64,000 nucleotides of DNA from positions 110,796,001-110,860,000 of the forward strand of contig NC_086097.1 of the NCBI RefSeq assembly GCF_963921235.1. Direction: 5' to 3'. The position numbers and the translations under genes were made by a program. The notes beneath the pieces are model-generated. The model did not search any database. It saw only the letters and a program-made list of their open reading frames with translations, and had not been told where the DNA came from. Source of the DNA: Mobula hypostoma. Taxonomy: Eukaryota. The stretch's first letter is position 1; each line of letters starts with the position of its first letter. This document shows, one piece after another, positions 28,323-40,725 of this stretch.

Positions 28323-29074
28323 TGTAACGTTCCGTTATACTGGCTCGTATATGTCTAGGGGAAATCCAGCCCAGCATCCGCCTCAACACTCCCCACAGGG
28401 TTGGTCGCCGCCCGAATCAATCCCAAACATCAATCATCAGCCAGCACACCCAGTAAATTTTAACAAATACACTTTATAGATATTACTAATTCTATGACAT
28501 TAATATACATTTGATACAGAGAGGAAAGTAATGAAAAAAAAAGGCGCCAACACTTATCAAAGTCCAAGTTCTTCGCGCGCTACCGTTGGAGCTCAATCGA
28601 ATCCGGACGACCACCTGAATCCTGTCGACTCACGGCTCGGGACCACCCGAAGTGATCGACCGGAGCCTCTCCACACGTCCGCCGTCCTCCTCGTCTCTCC
28701 TCCGACTCCCCGTCAAAACCCGTCCACCGTCCTCCTCGTCTCTCCTCCGACTCCCCGCCAAAAACCCCCACACGTCCACCATCCTCCTCGTCTCTCCTCC
28801 GACTCCCCGTCAAAATCCCGTCCACCGTCCTCCTCGTCTCTCCTCCAACTCCCCGCCAAAACTCAGTCCACAGTCATATCATACAGCATGGTATCCGAAA
28901 ACAAAATGATACATAACCACCCATTGGCTAATAGAAGGTTGCTATCTCAATTTAAAGTAAAACAAACTGCTAGCGCAAACTCTCTTCAGCGTTAAAGCAC
29001 CAACAAAGCCGCATTCCCCAGATTAACATAACAAAGTCGCCATTTTAAATGTAACAAAAGAAAGACCCCGTACA
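28323..29074. mobile_element. Solo LTR (752 bp) nested in Tigger
   Basis: TGTAAC...GTACA termini; 4-bp TSD TGTC (28319-28322 and 29075-29078); CpG-rich; internal tandem repeat. Confidence 0.7.
28672..28862. repeat. Minisatellite, 4 units of ~45-50 bp
   Basis: CGTCCACCGTCCTCCTCGTCTCTCCTCCGACTCCCCG(T/C)CAAAA x4. Confidence 0.9.
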
Positions 29075-29574
29075 TGTCGTATTGGTATGAAGATGTGAAT
29101 AAATTACAGATAAAACATTTAGGAAGCCTCCAGAATGCATCCCTATTTTCTCCATTTAAATAACTATTCATATTATGTGTCGACTTCCAGGAAAGTATCC
29201 CCCGCATATAACGAGGATAGGGTGTACTTCCAAACTGCTTCAAAGGAGCTAAAGTAAACTAAACAAGTGATACCAAGATGTTTTATCAAGTGAGCATACT
29301 CATAGCAAGTTTTAAAGATACATTAGAAGGTGAGAAAATGCAAGAGGTTAGGAAGAGAATTTCAAAGCTCAAGATCCAACACCTAAAGGCACAACTATCA
29401 GTGATGGGATGATCAAAATTGAAGGACAAGAGCAGAATGGAGTTTAGCAGAGTGTAAACTACAAATAGTAATTGCATTTGGTCTCAAGCTCACAGAAGGG
29501 AGGAGGAGGATGGCCAATCTGGACTGCATTGAAATATAACCAAAAGCAAATTAAGAGAACTCAAGAACAAATAA

Positions 29575-29938
29575 AAATAGGCAGGCTCAACATTGTCAGT
29601 GTAGAGATGATAGCACCTCCAAAGAGGTGATTTCTGTGCCACTATTCATTTCCCCAGCCGCTCCAGTCTTAACTATTTACTTACAGAGATCGATAGTGTA
29701 TGATAGAATTTTTACATATTAAAGACACTCTAGGGACATGTAGTCAGTACAAGAAGATGATTTTATTGAATCATGAAGCTGACACAGAAGGCCAAATCAT
29801 ACACTTTCAAACTCTGTAAGTAAATAGATAAGATTGAGTTGAACACCAGAGCAGTTCGGGAAAATTAATAGTGGCTAAAAAATCACCGTATTGGAGGTGC
29901 TATCATCTCTACACTGACATTGTAAAGGCTGCTTATTT
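29575..29938. repeat. Imperfect ~59-bp inverted repeat (MITE-like)
   Basis: Perfect 29-bp core TGTCAGTGTAGAGATGATAGCACCTCCAA at 29594-29622 versus 29891-29919. Confidence 0.75.
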
Positions 29939-30211
29939 CTTACCTTTTTTTCAATGTAACTTAGATAATGGATATGGCATCAACTGACAAGGCTGGAGGG
30001 TAGTTTAAAAAAGACTGGAGGGGAGATATTGTTGCTCCCAACAAGGACAGTGGGGAAAAGTCAGGAAACTACAGGCCAATGAGCTTTAGCAGTGGGAGCT
30101 ACTGGGAAAACTGGAAAAGCAGGAACAAATGAGGGTGAGCATGGGAAATCCTGCTTCACAAATATGATCTGAGTTTTTTTTTGCGGTTACCAAGAAAAGC
30201 AATGTTAAAGA

Positions 30212-33110
30212 AACAAGAGAAAATCTGCAGATGCTGGAAAACCAAGCAACACAAACAAAATGCTGGAGGAACTCAGCAGCATCTACGGAAAAGTGAACAG
30301 TCGACATTTCGGGCCAAGACCCTTCATCTCTGGAGGAAAAAAAATGAGGAATCAGAGTTAGAAGGTGGGGGGGGGGAGTAAACAGCTTTGAAGTTGATCA
30401 GTGAAAGAGAGACAGGGCTGGAGAAGGGGGAGTCTGAAAGGAGTGGACCAAAGGCCATGGAAGAAAGAAAAGGGGGAGGTGCACCAGAGGGAGGTGATGG
30501 GCTGGTAAGGAGTTAAGGTGAGAAAGGGAAAATGGGAATAGGGATTGCTGAAGTTGGGGGAGGGGGCATGACCAGAAGTTCGAGGAATCAATGTTCATGC
30601 CGTCAGGTTGGAGGCTACTCAGACGGAATATAAGGTGTTGCTCCTCTGACCTGAGTATGGCCTCATCGCAACAGTACAAGACTGACGTCTTGGAATGGGA
30701 GGTGGAATTAAAATGGGTGGCCACTGGGAGACCCTGCTTTTTCTGGCAGACAGAGTACTTGGCAAAGCAGTCTCCCAATCTACGTCACATCTCTCCAATA
30801 TACAAGAGGCCGAACCAGGAGGACCAAATACAGTAGATGACCTTAACAGACTCACAAGTGAAGTGTCGCCTCACCTGGAAGGACTGCTTGTGGCCCCGAG
30901 TGGTAGTGAGGGAGGAGGTGTAGGGGCAGGTGTAGCATTTGTTCCACTTGCAAGGATAAGTGTCAGGATGGAGATCAGTGAGGAGGGTCGAATGGACAAG
31001 GGAGTCGCTTAGGGAGCGATACTTGCAGAAAGCAGGAAGTGGGGGAGGGGGGAGATAAATATCTGCTTGGTGGTGAGATCCTGGTGGAGATGGAGGCAGT
31101 TATAAAGAACTATGTGCTGGATGCGGAAGCTGGTGGAGTAGTAGGTGAGGACAAGAGGAACCCTATCCCTGGTGGGGTGGCAGGAGGATGCGGTAAGGGC
31201 AGATGTGCACAAAATGGAAGAGATGCGGTTGAGGGCAGTGATGATGGTAGAGGACGGGAAGCCCCTTTCTTTGAAGGAGAAGGAAATCTCCTTAGTTCTG
31301 AAATGAAAAGCCTCATCCTGAGAGCAGATGCAGCGGAGAAAGGAATAGAGAAGGGTGTGGCATTTTTACAAGTAGGTTTATAATAGACATCAGTAGATAA
31401 GTTGTCTCCAGAGACAGAGACAGAGTGATCGAGAACGGGGAGGGAGGTGTTTGAAATGGACCAGGTAAATTTGAGGGTAGGGTGGAAAATGGAGGCAAAG
31501 TTGGTGAAGTCAACGAGCTCGGCATGGGTGCAGGAAGCAGCGCCAATGCAGTTGTCGATGTAGCGTAGGAGAAGTTGGGAACTGACGGCGGTGTAGGCTT
31601 GGAATATAGACTGTTCCACGTAACTGACAAAAAAGCAGGCAGAGCTGGGACCCATGCGAGTGCCCATGGCTGCACCTTTGATTTGATGGAACTGGAAGGA
31701 GCCAAAGGAGAAATTATTGAGAGGACAGGTCCTGTCAGACGGAGGAGAGTTGTGGTGGAGAGGAACTGACTGAATGTTATGTCCATAAAGAAACGGAAAG
31801 CTTTAAGGCCTTCCTGGTGGGGGATGTGTATAGGATCTGGACATCCATAGTGAAAGTAAGATGATGGGGGCCAGTTTATTTGAAATAATTGAAAAGATCC
31901 AGAACGCGTGATGTGCCATGGATGTAGGTAGGAAGGGACTCGACCGGGGGATAAAACAGAGTCAATGTAAGTTCAGTGGGGCAGGAACACACAGAAGCAC
32001 TGGGTCTACCTGGACAGGCAGGTTTGTGGATCTTGGGTAGGAGGTAGAAATAGGAGGTGCGGGGTGAGGGAACTATGAGGCTGCTGGCAGTGGATGGGTG
32101 ATCACCAAAGTTAAAAAGGTTGGTGATGGTGCAGATGACAATGGCCTGGTGCTCCTTAGTGGGGTCTTGTTTCAGGGGCAAGTAAGAGAAGGGGGTCTGA
32201 GAGTTGTCATCTGGCCTCAGTAAGGCAGAGTTCAGTCTGCCAGACTACTACACCACCCCATTTATCTGTTAATGGTAAGGTCAGGATTAGTGAGGAGAGT
32301 GGAGAGCAGCGAGTTCAGAAGGAGTGAGGTTAGAATTAGAGAGAGGAGTGGTGAAGTCGAGTCGGTTGATGTCCCGTCAGCAGTTGGCAATGAAAAGATC
32401 TGGAGCAGGCAGAAGTCTAGAGCGGGGTGTCCAGGAAGAGGAGGAGGGTTGAAGACGGGAGAAGGGGTCATTGGTGCGGGCTGGAGAGTCCTTGCCAAAG
32501 AAGTAGGCAGGGAGGCAGAGGTCATGGCAAGCACAGAACTCACTGAGGTGTGGGCGCGGGGGGCCCAAAGGAGAGGTCCTTACTGAGGACAGAACATTCT
32601 GCCTCAGAGAGGGGAAAGTCGTAGGGAATGGTGAAGACCTGGCATGGATGAGAGCTGGGATCTGGGTGGGGGGGGAGGCGGTTGGTAGTGTCTGAGGAGA
32701 GAGGAGGCTTGGGGTGTTCAGGGAAAGTGGGGTGCTGGGAAGACAGAGTCTCCGAAGACCCAACAGCTGGTGGTGGGACCTGAGAGACACAGGATTGCAG
32801 AGTGGTGGTGGGGGAAGTGGAGACAGGGGTTCCTGTGACAGGGTGCAAAGTAGAAGTTGATATCTGTAAGGCCCACACAATGAGCTAGAAAATTACAATG
32901 TATGGGATCTGAGATTTTTTTGACAAAGTGGATCCAAAACACACTCCTTCTATCTCAGTAAAGTTTTTGGGCGGAGCTGAGGCCTCAGATGACCCTTCAT
33001 CAGAAGCTGCCACCACTGCTGCCATGAGCTGCCCATTAGCTTCAGCAGTGCTGCGGAGGAGAACGAGCGGAGCGAATGAGTGTGAGAGCATGCTCGCTAA
33101 ACGTCACTGA
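30212..33110 (-). mobile_element. Penelope-like retroelement (RT plus GIY-YIG), long degenerate copy
   Basis: Broken ORFs include FYLLPKIHKPACPGRP (31876-32181), MGTRMGPS...LLRYIDN (RT YIDD region, 31110-31667) and the C-terminal PVATHFNSTSHS...EEQHLIFRLSSLQPDGMNID (30398-30778). The terminal module is at 30212-30330. Confidence 0.9.
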
Positions 33111-33789
33111 GAGGCAGGGCTGAGCAGAGGAGCCGACACGCGTGTCACCCCATCACGGGGGGACAGACACAGCTGCCGCCAGCGCCTGCCAAGCACAGCG
33201 AGAAATCAGCATATCGGAGGGAGATTGAGAACATGCCTGAATGCTGCATTAACAACTTCTCACTCAGCATCAGCAAAACCAAAAAACTGATTATTGATGA
33301 CAGATGGATGACACCAATGACCATGAGCCAGTCATCATCGGGGATCAGAGGAGGAGAGGGTAAGTAGCTTTAAATTCCTCGGCATTATCATTCAGAGCAT
33401 CTGTCCTGGGTCCAGAAGTTAACTGCCATTAAGAAGAAGACATGGCAGTGGCTCCACTCTCTTTGAGGTTTGCACGGATTTGGCATGTCACCTGAAAGGG
33501 TACACTGGAGCGTACAATGAACAGAACAGCTCAAGGTTCTGAATATCTGCTGCATCCAGTCCTGAATAATAATGAACTGTTAACTAGTCAAAGGAAGGCT
33601 CTGACAACTCCCCAATACTCAGCAAGGATAGAGCTCAGCATGTACTGAAACATGATTGGTCAGAAGTACCAGGTGGATGATCATTCTTGCTTCCTTCTGA
33701 GGTCCAAGTCTTCGATTAATTTGATCAAATACAAGGCTTGGAGCAGTGAATACATCAAATATTACAAGACCAGACTACATCCTATAGCT

Positions 33790-34179
33790 AACAACAGGAA
33801 TTCTGCAGATGCTGGAAATTCAAGCAACACACATCAAAGTTGCTGGTGATCGCAGCAGGCCAGGCAGCATCTCTAGGAAGATGTACAGTCGACGTTTCGG
33901 GCCGAGACCCTTCGTCAGGACTAACTGAAGGAAGAGTTAGTAAGAGATTTGAAAGGGAGAGGGGGAGGGGGAGATCCAAAATGATAGGAGAAGACAGGAG
34001 GGGGAGGGATGGAGCCAAGAGCTGGACAGGTGATAGGCAAAAGGGATATGAGAGGATCATGGGACAGGAGGCCTAGGGAGAAAGAAAAGGGGGGGGGAAC
34101 CCAGAGGATGGGCAAGGGGTATAGTCAGAGGGAGAAAAAGGAGAGAGAGAGAGAGAAAGAATCTGTGTATAAAAATAAA
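33790..34179 (-). mobile_element. Young non-coding PLE terminal insertion with a 14-bp TSD
   Basis: TACATCCTATAGCT at 33776-33789 and 34180-34193; contains the intact hammerhead. Confidence 0.85.
33887..33922 (-). ncRNA. Minimal type I hammerhead ribozyme in a PLE terminal module (intact core)
   Basis: Minus strand reads AGTC-CTGACGA-A-GGG TCTCGG CCC-GAAA-C-GTC-GACT: stem I AGUC/GACU, CUGANGA and GAAA boxes, stem II GGG/CCC, palindromic ACGU stem III and a GUC cleavage triplet. Confidence 0.75.
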
Positions 34180-34206
34180 TACATCCTATAGCTGTAGTCT
34201 TGAGTA

Positions 34207-34997
34207 CTGACATAGTTATAGTCATACTTTATTAATCCCAGGGGAAATTGGTTTTCGTTACAGTTGCTCCATAAATAATATATAGTAATAGAACCATAAA
34301 TAGTTAAATAGTAATATGTAAATTATGCCAGTAAATTATGAAATAAGTCCAGGACCAGCCTATTGGCTCAGGATGTCTGACCCTCCAAGGGAGGAGTTGT
34401 AAAGTTTGATGGCCACAGGCAGGAATGACTTCCTATGACGCTCTGTGCTGCATCTCGGTGGAATGAGTCTCTGGCTGAATGTACTCCTGTGCCCACCCAG
34501 TACATTATGTAGCGGATGGGAGACATTGACCAAGATGGCTTGCAACTTAAACAGCATCCTCTTTTCAGACACCACCGTCAGAGAGTCCAGTTCCATCCCC
34601 CCAACATCGCTGGCCTTACGAATGAGTTTGTTGATTCTGTTGGTGTCTGCCACCCTCAGCCTGCTGCCCCAGCACACAACAGCAAACATGATAGCACTGG
34701 CCACCATAGACTCATAGAACATCCTCAGCATTGTCTGGCAGATGTTAAAGGACCTCAGTATCCTCAGGAAATAGAGAAGGCTCTGACCCTTCTTGTAGAT
34801 GGCCTCAGTGTTCTTAGACCAGTCCAGTTTATTGTCAATTTGTATCCCCAGGTATTTGTAATCCTCCACCATGTCCACACTGATCCCTGGATGGAAACAA
34901 GGGTCACCTGTACCTTAGCTCTCCTCAGGTCTACCACCAGCTCCTTAGTCTTTTTCACATTAAGCTGCAGATAATTCTGCTCACACCATGTGACATT
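34207..34997 (-). mobile_element. Rex1/Babar LINE 3' fragment, same subfamily as 8505-9473
   Basis: ORF 34360-34878 is nearly identical to the ORFs at 8815-9331, with the same tail. Confidence 0.9.
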
Positions 34998-36159
34998 CCA
35001 GAAACAACTACAACTCTTTAGTACAGTGACAACAACAGCTATTCCATTATGTCGAAAATTGACAGGTATGTCCTGTTCCTAAAGAGCAGGCTCATTATTG
35101 CCCTGTCAGGCTGTTCTCAAACAAAATGAAACAAGGCCTTGTGGTTAGGGTATCTGGATGCATCTAGAGCATGTCTCAAATGCTCAGGGCCTTCAGTGAT
35201 GGATGCCACTTCCTTGAGCACTGCCTCCTGACGACGGCCTTGACCGTGGGGAGGATTGCACCGTAATAGAGCTGGCTGCCCTCTTGATGCAGGTGGGAAC
35301 CTCAGACCTCGGTAGTCAGAGTTTGAATATGTCCATGAACACACCAGGCAGTCTGTTGGCACAGGTCTTCAGTACCCAGTCAGGTACACCATCAAGACTT
35401 GATGCTTTACAAGGATTCACTCCAATTTCTCAAGACCAATCAGGACCTGTGCAAGTGCTGGCTTACAAGTGACATACTGAAAAATATATTTTAAGAAGTC
35501 ACATGTTTCCACTGAGACTGGGAAGGCTACTCAGAAATTAGAGAAAGCAGAGAGAAGTTAAAAAAATTAGAGAAGTGAGAAAAATTGTATATAACAAAAG
35601 CAAAATATACCTTCGTAGGTCCATGCTATATAATTTCTTTTGCACTCCATACACTGTGAACAATCAACTAAACTGTGCTAGAGCCCAGAAATGCATCACA
35701 AAAAGACAAAGCTTGTTCCCATCTGAATTAAAGAACACACATGCATGGCAGATGCAGTTTGACATTGATAAATGCAAGGCTATCCACGTTAATTCTAAAA
35801 ACAGAAATCAAATTGTTATCAGAATGGTGATAGATTGCTATGGACAATGCTCTAAGAGCCGCATCCTTTTACACCAACTGTTTGTAAACCAAACAGTTAG
35901 GTTTAATGCATCTGAATGCTACTTTCAGCATTAAACAGTTTTGTCCACTTTTAGCAAAAATAAAGACAGGATATCTTGCTGCCACTGTACTCAGAATTAG
36001 CGAGACCTCATCTGCATGAAGTTTGGTCTCTGTATTGGAGGACAAGGATATTCTAGTCATGGAGAGAGTGCAATGGTGACTTACTAGACCGAGAAATGAT
36101 GATGTATTGGGTCTATCTACCCAAGTTCACTCAAGTTTATAAGAATGAGAAAGGGGTTT

Positions 36160-37100
36160 CATGGATCACCTAGATATTGTGAAGATACACAAGGTTGCAC
36201 AAAGTTTGGGGGTGTTGTGGATAGTGTGGAGGTTACAGCAGGACATTGATAGGATGCAAAATTGGGCTGAGAAGTGGCAGATGGAGTTCAACCCAGATAA
36301 GTGTGAGGTGGTTCATTTTGTAAGGTCAAATATGATGGCAGAATATAGTATTAATGGTACGACTCTTGGCAATGTGGAAGATCAGAAGGATCTTGGGGTC
36401 CAACTCCATAGGACACTCAAAGCTGCTATGCAGGTTGACTCTGTGGTTAAGAAGGTATATGGTACATTGGCCTTCATCAACCGTGGGACTAAGTTTAAGA
36501 GCTGAGTGGTAATGGTGCAGCTATATAGGACCCTGGTCAGACCCCACCTGGAGTACCGTGCTCAGTTCTGGTCGCCTCACTACAGAAAAGATGTGGACAT
36601 CATAGAAAGGATGCAGAGGAGATTTAAAAGGATGTTGCCTAGATTGGGGAACATGCCTTATGAGAATAGGTTGAGTGAACTCGGCCTTTTCTCCTTGGAG
36701 CGACAGAGGATGAGAAGTGAACTGATAGAGGTGTAAGATGATGAGAGGCATTGCTCGTGTGGATAGTCAGAGGCTTTTTCCCAGAGCTGAAATTGGCTAA
36801 CATGAGAGGGCAGAGTATTAAGGTGCTTGGAAGTAGGTACAGAAGAGATGCCGGGGCAAGTTGTTGTTGTTTTTTTTAAAAAAACGCAGAGAGTGGTGAG
36901 TGCGTGGAATGGGCTGCTGGCAACAGTGGTGGAAGTGGATATGATAGGGTCTTTTAAGAGACCCCTGGATAGGTACATGGAGCTTAGAAAAATAGAGGGC
37001 TATGGGTAACCCTAGGTAATTTCTAAGGTAAGGACATGTTCGGCACAGCTTTGTGGGCCGAAGGGCCTGTATTGTGCTGTAGATTCTCTCTGTTTCCATG
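36160..37100 (+). mobile_element. CR1 LINE 3' fragment
   Basis: WAEKWQMEFNPDKCEV, RPHLEYRAQFW, RVVSAWNGL and the 3' UTR. Confidence 0.9.
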
Positions 37101-37984
37101 ACATTCCAATAAATGGAGAACTTGGAATCTAAAGCCTAAGCTTGTGGGATGTCATTTGGAGCAGGAGAAATTTATTCACCCATAGGGTGCCTAACCTATA
37201 AATTCTTTACCACAGAAGACAGCAAAGGTCAAGTCATTGAATATTCCCTAAAGGTAAACAGATCAAGAGACATGGTTTCTTGGGGACAATAAAATGAACA
37301 ATTTTATGCAATTTTCTCTCTGTCAGACATTCCCCCAAATCATACCTGTGGGATATACAGTCAACAACTTGACCAACATTGCTTCTATGACCAATTTAAA
37401 AGGCTGGGTGTCTCATACTCCTGTTTTGCTGAGATTAACATAAAAGGGATGAGGAAGAATTGATGTAGTGTGCTCTGCAGAACATTGCTGGTCGAATGTT
37501 TTCAGCCCAAGGCTACTCTTTCTTTTGTATCAGGCAATGATCAATACTCTATCAGCATCTTAATAGCAGCATCTTAACCCTAACCCTGTTCTTTAATTGT
37601 TTGCCCATTTGGACTTCTTTTACTAAGTCCAAATTCACCACATCCACTGGTTCTCAGTCATCTATTTTATAAGCTCCATCCTCAAACTATTTCAGGCCAG
37701 GCAGCATCTATAAGAAGAAGTACAGTCGACGTTTCAGGCCAAGACCCTTCTCCGCCAACACCTTGTGTGTGTTGCTTGAATGTCCAGCATCTGCAGATTT
37801 CCTCGTATCTGCAGGTTTCCTCATGTTTGTATCTCAAAATATTTCAATAGTTTTGTCAAGTATAATTTACTTTTGAAATTTCACTCATTTGACAAGCCCT
37901 GTCACTGCTCTCCAAATGATCTGCTATAACATATTTTGTAATGCAATCTCACCACTTTCAATGTCAGTCTAATCTTTCTCACTT

Positions 37985-39845
37985 ACCCTTTGTTTCTGCC
38001 TGCTCCTGCCGCACTGAACTCATGTCACCATACCTCAGCTCCATCTTGTCCCCATTAGCTCAGTCCTTTCCTACCTACATCCATGATACTTCACGTGCTC
38101 TCCATCACATCAATCACTTTAAGCCCTGATCGACTCATTTTCACTATATGTGTTTAGGGATGCCCAATCCCTATACACATCCACTCCCCCCCCCCCCCCA
38201 TCCATCATGAAAACCTTAAAGTTCTGCTTCTTTCTGGACAACAGTCCTGTTCCCCTCCATCACCACCTTCCTCTGTCTGGTGGAAATGGTCTCACCCTCA
38301 CCAATTTCCCTTTTGTCTCCTCCCACTTTCTCCAAACCCAATAATGGCACCCACACGACCCCAGCGATGCCTGCTTTTTTGTCAGCTACGATGAACAGTC
38401 CGTGTTCCAAACCTATACTGGTAACGCTCCCTTTGCCACATTGATGACTGCATTGGTGCTGCTTCCTGCACATTGCCTCCAACTTCCACCTGCTCACAAA
38501 CTTACTCGATCCATCCCTGATACCTCTTCCCTCTTTCTCCATCTCTCTGACTCCAACTCTGAGGGCAGACTGTTTGCTGATATCTTTTATAAACCTACTG
38601 ACTCTCAGCGAACTTGACTTTTCCACCTTGTCATTTGTAAAAATGCCATTTCTTTCTCCCAGTTCCACTCTTTCAGTTGCATCTGTTCTCAGGATGAGGC
38701 TCTCTATTCTAGAACATGGAGATGTCCTCCTCTTTCAAAGTAGAGTTTCCCTTCCACCACCATCAATGCTGCCCTCACCCGCATATCATCCATCCTCCCG
38801 CCACCAGAACAGGGATAGGGTTCCTCCTTACCTTACCAGCCACCCCAGGAGGCTTCATATCCAGCATACCATTCTCCGTAACTTCTGCCATCTACAAAGG
38901 GATCCTTACCAGTAAGCACATCCTTCCCTCCCCATCCACCCACCAAAACTCCACTTTCCATTGGAATTGCTCTCTACACAACTCCCTGGTCCATTCGTCC
39001 CTCCCCACTGATCTCCCTCCTGGCACTTACCCCTACAAGCTGGACATGTGCTACACCTGCCCCATGCTGCCTCCCTCGCTACCACTCAGAACCTCAAAAA
39101 GTTCTTCCAGGTGAGGCACCACTTCACCTGCGAGTCTGTTGGGTCACCTACTGTAGCCAATGCTCCTGCCTCTACAATGGTGAGATCCAACGTAGATTGA
39201 GGAACTACTTCATCAAGCGCCTCCACTCTGTTTGCCCCAAAAGGTGGGATTTCCTGGTGGCCACTCATTTCAATTTGACTTCCCATTCCCATTCGAACAA
39301 GTCAGTCCACGGCCTCCTCTACTGCCACAATGATGCCACTCTCAGGTTGGAGAAGCAACACCTCGCATTCTATCTGGGTAGCTTACAACCTGACAGCATG
39401 AATATTGATTTCTCTAAATTCTGATAATTTCTGCCCCTCCCTAGTCTCTCTTCTTCCATTTTCCCATTCTGGTTCCTCTCAGTCCTTCTCTTCTCCTGCC
39501 CGTCACCTCCCTCTAGTGCCCCTCCTCCTTCCCTGGTCCACCATCCTCTCCTATCAGATTCCTTCTTCTTCAGCCTTTCATCCCTTCTACCTATCATCTC
39601 TCAGCTTTGTACTTCATTTTCACCCTTCTACCTTCCCCCTCACCTGGTTTTACCTATCAATTGTCAGCTTGTATAACTTCCCCTCACCCCAATTTCTTAT
39701 TCTCCATCTTCTCCCTTACTTTCCAGTCTTGTTGAAGGGTCTTGGCGTGAAATGTCAGTTATTTATTCCCCTCCATAGAGTTCCTCCAGCATTTGTGTGT
39801 GTTCCCAAGATTTCCAGCATCTGCAGAATCTCCATATTTATGAAC
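37985..39845 (+). mobile_element. Penelope-like retroelement, degenerate 3' half
   Basis: DIFYKPTDS and VATHFNLTSHSHS...RLEKQHLAFYLGSLQPDSMNIDFSKF motifs, then a pyrimidine-rich tract and the terminal module. Confidence 0.85.
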
Positions 39846-40364
39846 TTCCTCTCTAGGACTTCTTTCTAAAAAAACCATTCAAAGTAAATTAATATCGAAG
39901 TATGTATGTAGTATACAACCCTGAGATTCATCTTCCTGCAGACAGCCACAAAACAAAGAAACACCATGAAACCCATTCAATGAAAAACATCAAACACCCA
40001 CCCACCATGCAAAAATAAAATCACGCAAATGGCAACAAGAACACCTCTGCGTGCAAAAAACAAATCAAGCAAACAGCAACAGGAAAGAGTAAGTGAAAAC
40101 ACATTTCTTGTAATGTAACTGAGTCACAGTCCAAAGAATTTTGAAAAATGACTAGTAATACATTACTTCTAGGTCCACTTCCTTAAATACGCTGGAGCCT
40201 TTGAATGCAGAAGTCAGTATACTACTGTTTAGCAAGAGGGTGAAAGATTACTGTTGGCAGATAGAATATGAAGCCAAGGTTACAACCAGATCTGCCGTGA
40301 CCTTTTTAAATAGATGAGATGGCTCAATGTGTTGAGTATGCACTCCTGTTCATCGCTCACACAC

Positions 40365-40725
40365 AAGCATCACATAATAAGACTTGAGGGTGACACTCAG
40401 GCACTGCACTGAAGGACTGCTGCTATGTCAGGAGGAACAGTCTTTCAGTGATGTTGCTCAGCAATGGCATCACTGCTCTTTCTGCTGAGAATAAATAAAT
40501 TTAATGGATTAAGAATAATATTCTGCAGCTTCTTTGCGAGTATTTAGTCCCAGAATGAACATCACTATTAAATCATTCATCTCATTGGTTTTTGTGAAGG
40601 CAAGATGTAGAAACTAGATGCTCTGGGTTCCAATGCAACAATAAGATCTGCATTTCAACAGGCATAATTGGCTGCAAGGTATATTTCAGCAGCTAATGCT
40701 TAAATGGCATGATGTAAATATCCTC
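40365..40725 (+). mobile_element. Highly diverged DeuSINE (SacSINE1/AmnSINE1-like)
   Basis: GTGACACTCAGGCACTGCACTGAAGGACTGCTGCTATGTCAGGAGG...TCTTTCAG...AACATCACTA...AATTGGCTG resembles the Deu-domain consensus as I recall it. Confidence 0.55.

Larger units (their letters stand above)
26923..29224 (+). mobile_element. Tigger/pogo DNA transposon, internally deleted
   Basis: TA-flanked TIRs CACCCTATCCTCATTATATG / CATATAACGAGGATAGGGTG; QVFNADETRLFWKRM and FKAAKDRLT in ORF 27172-27588. Confidence 0.9.

Noticed and set aside
28672..28862. CRISPR-like repeat array
   Set aside because: No unique spacers, no cas genes and a vertebrate context; it is a minisatellite inside an LTR.
29290..29312. Minus-strand CYEY match resembling the end of ITGA9 exon 4
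   Set aside because: No upstream HRWKN/PHG homology and no suitable splice sites.
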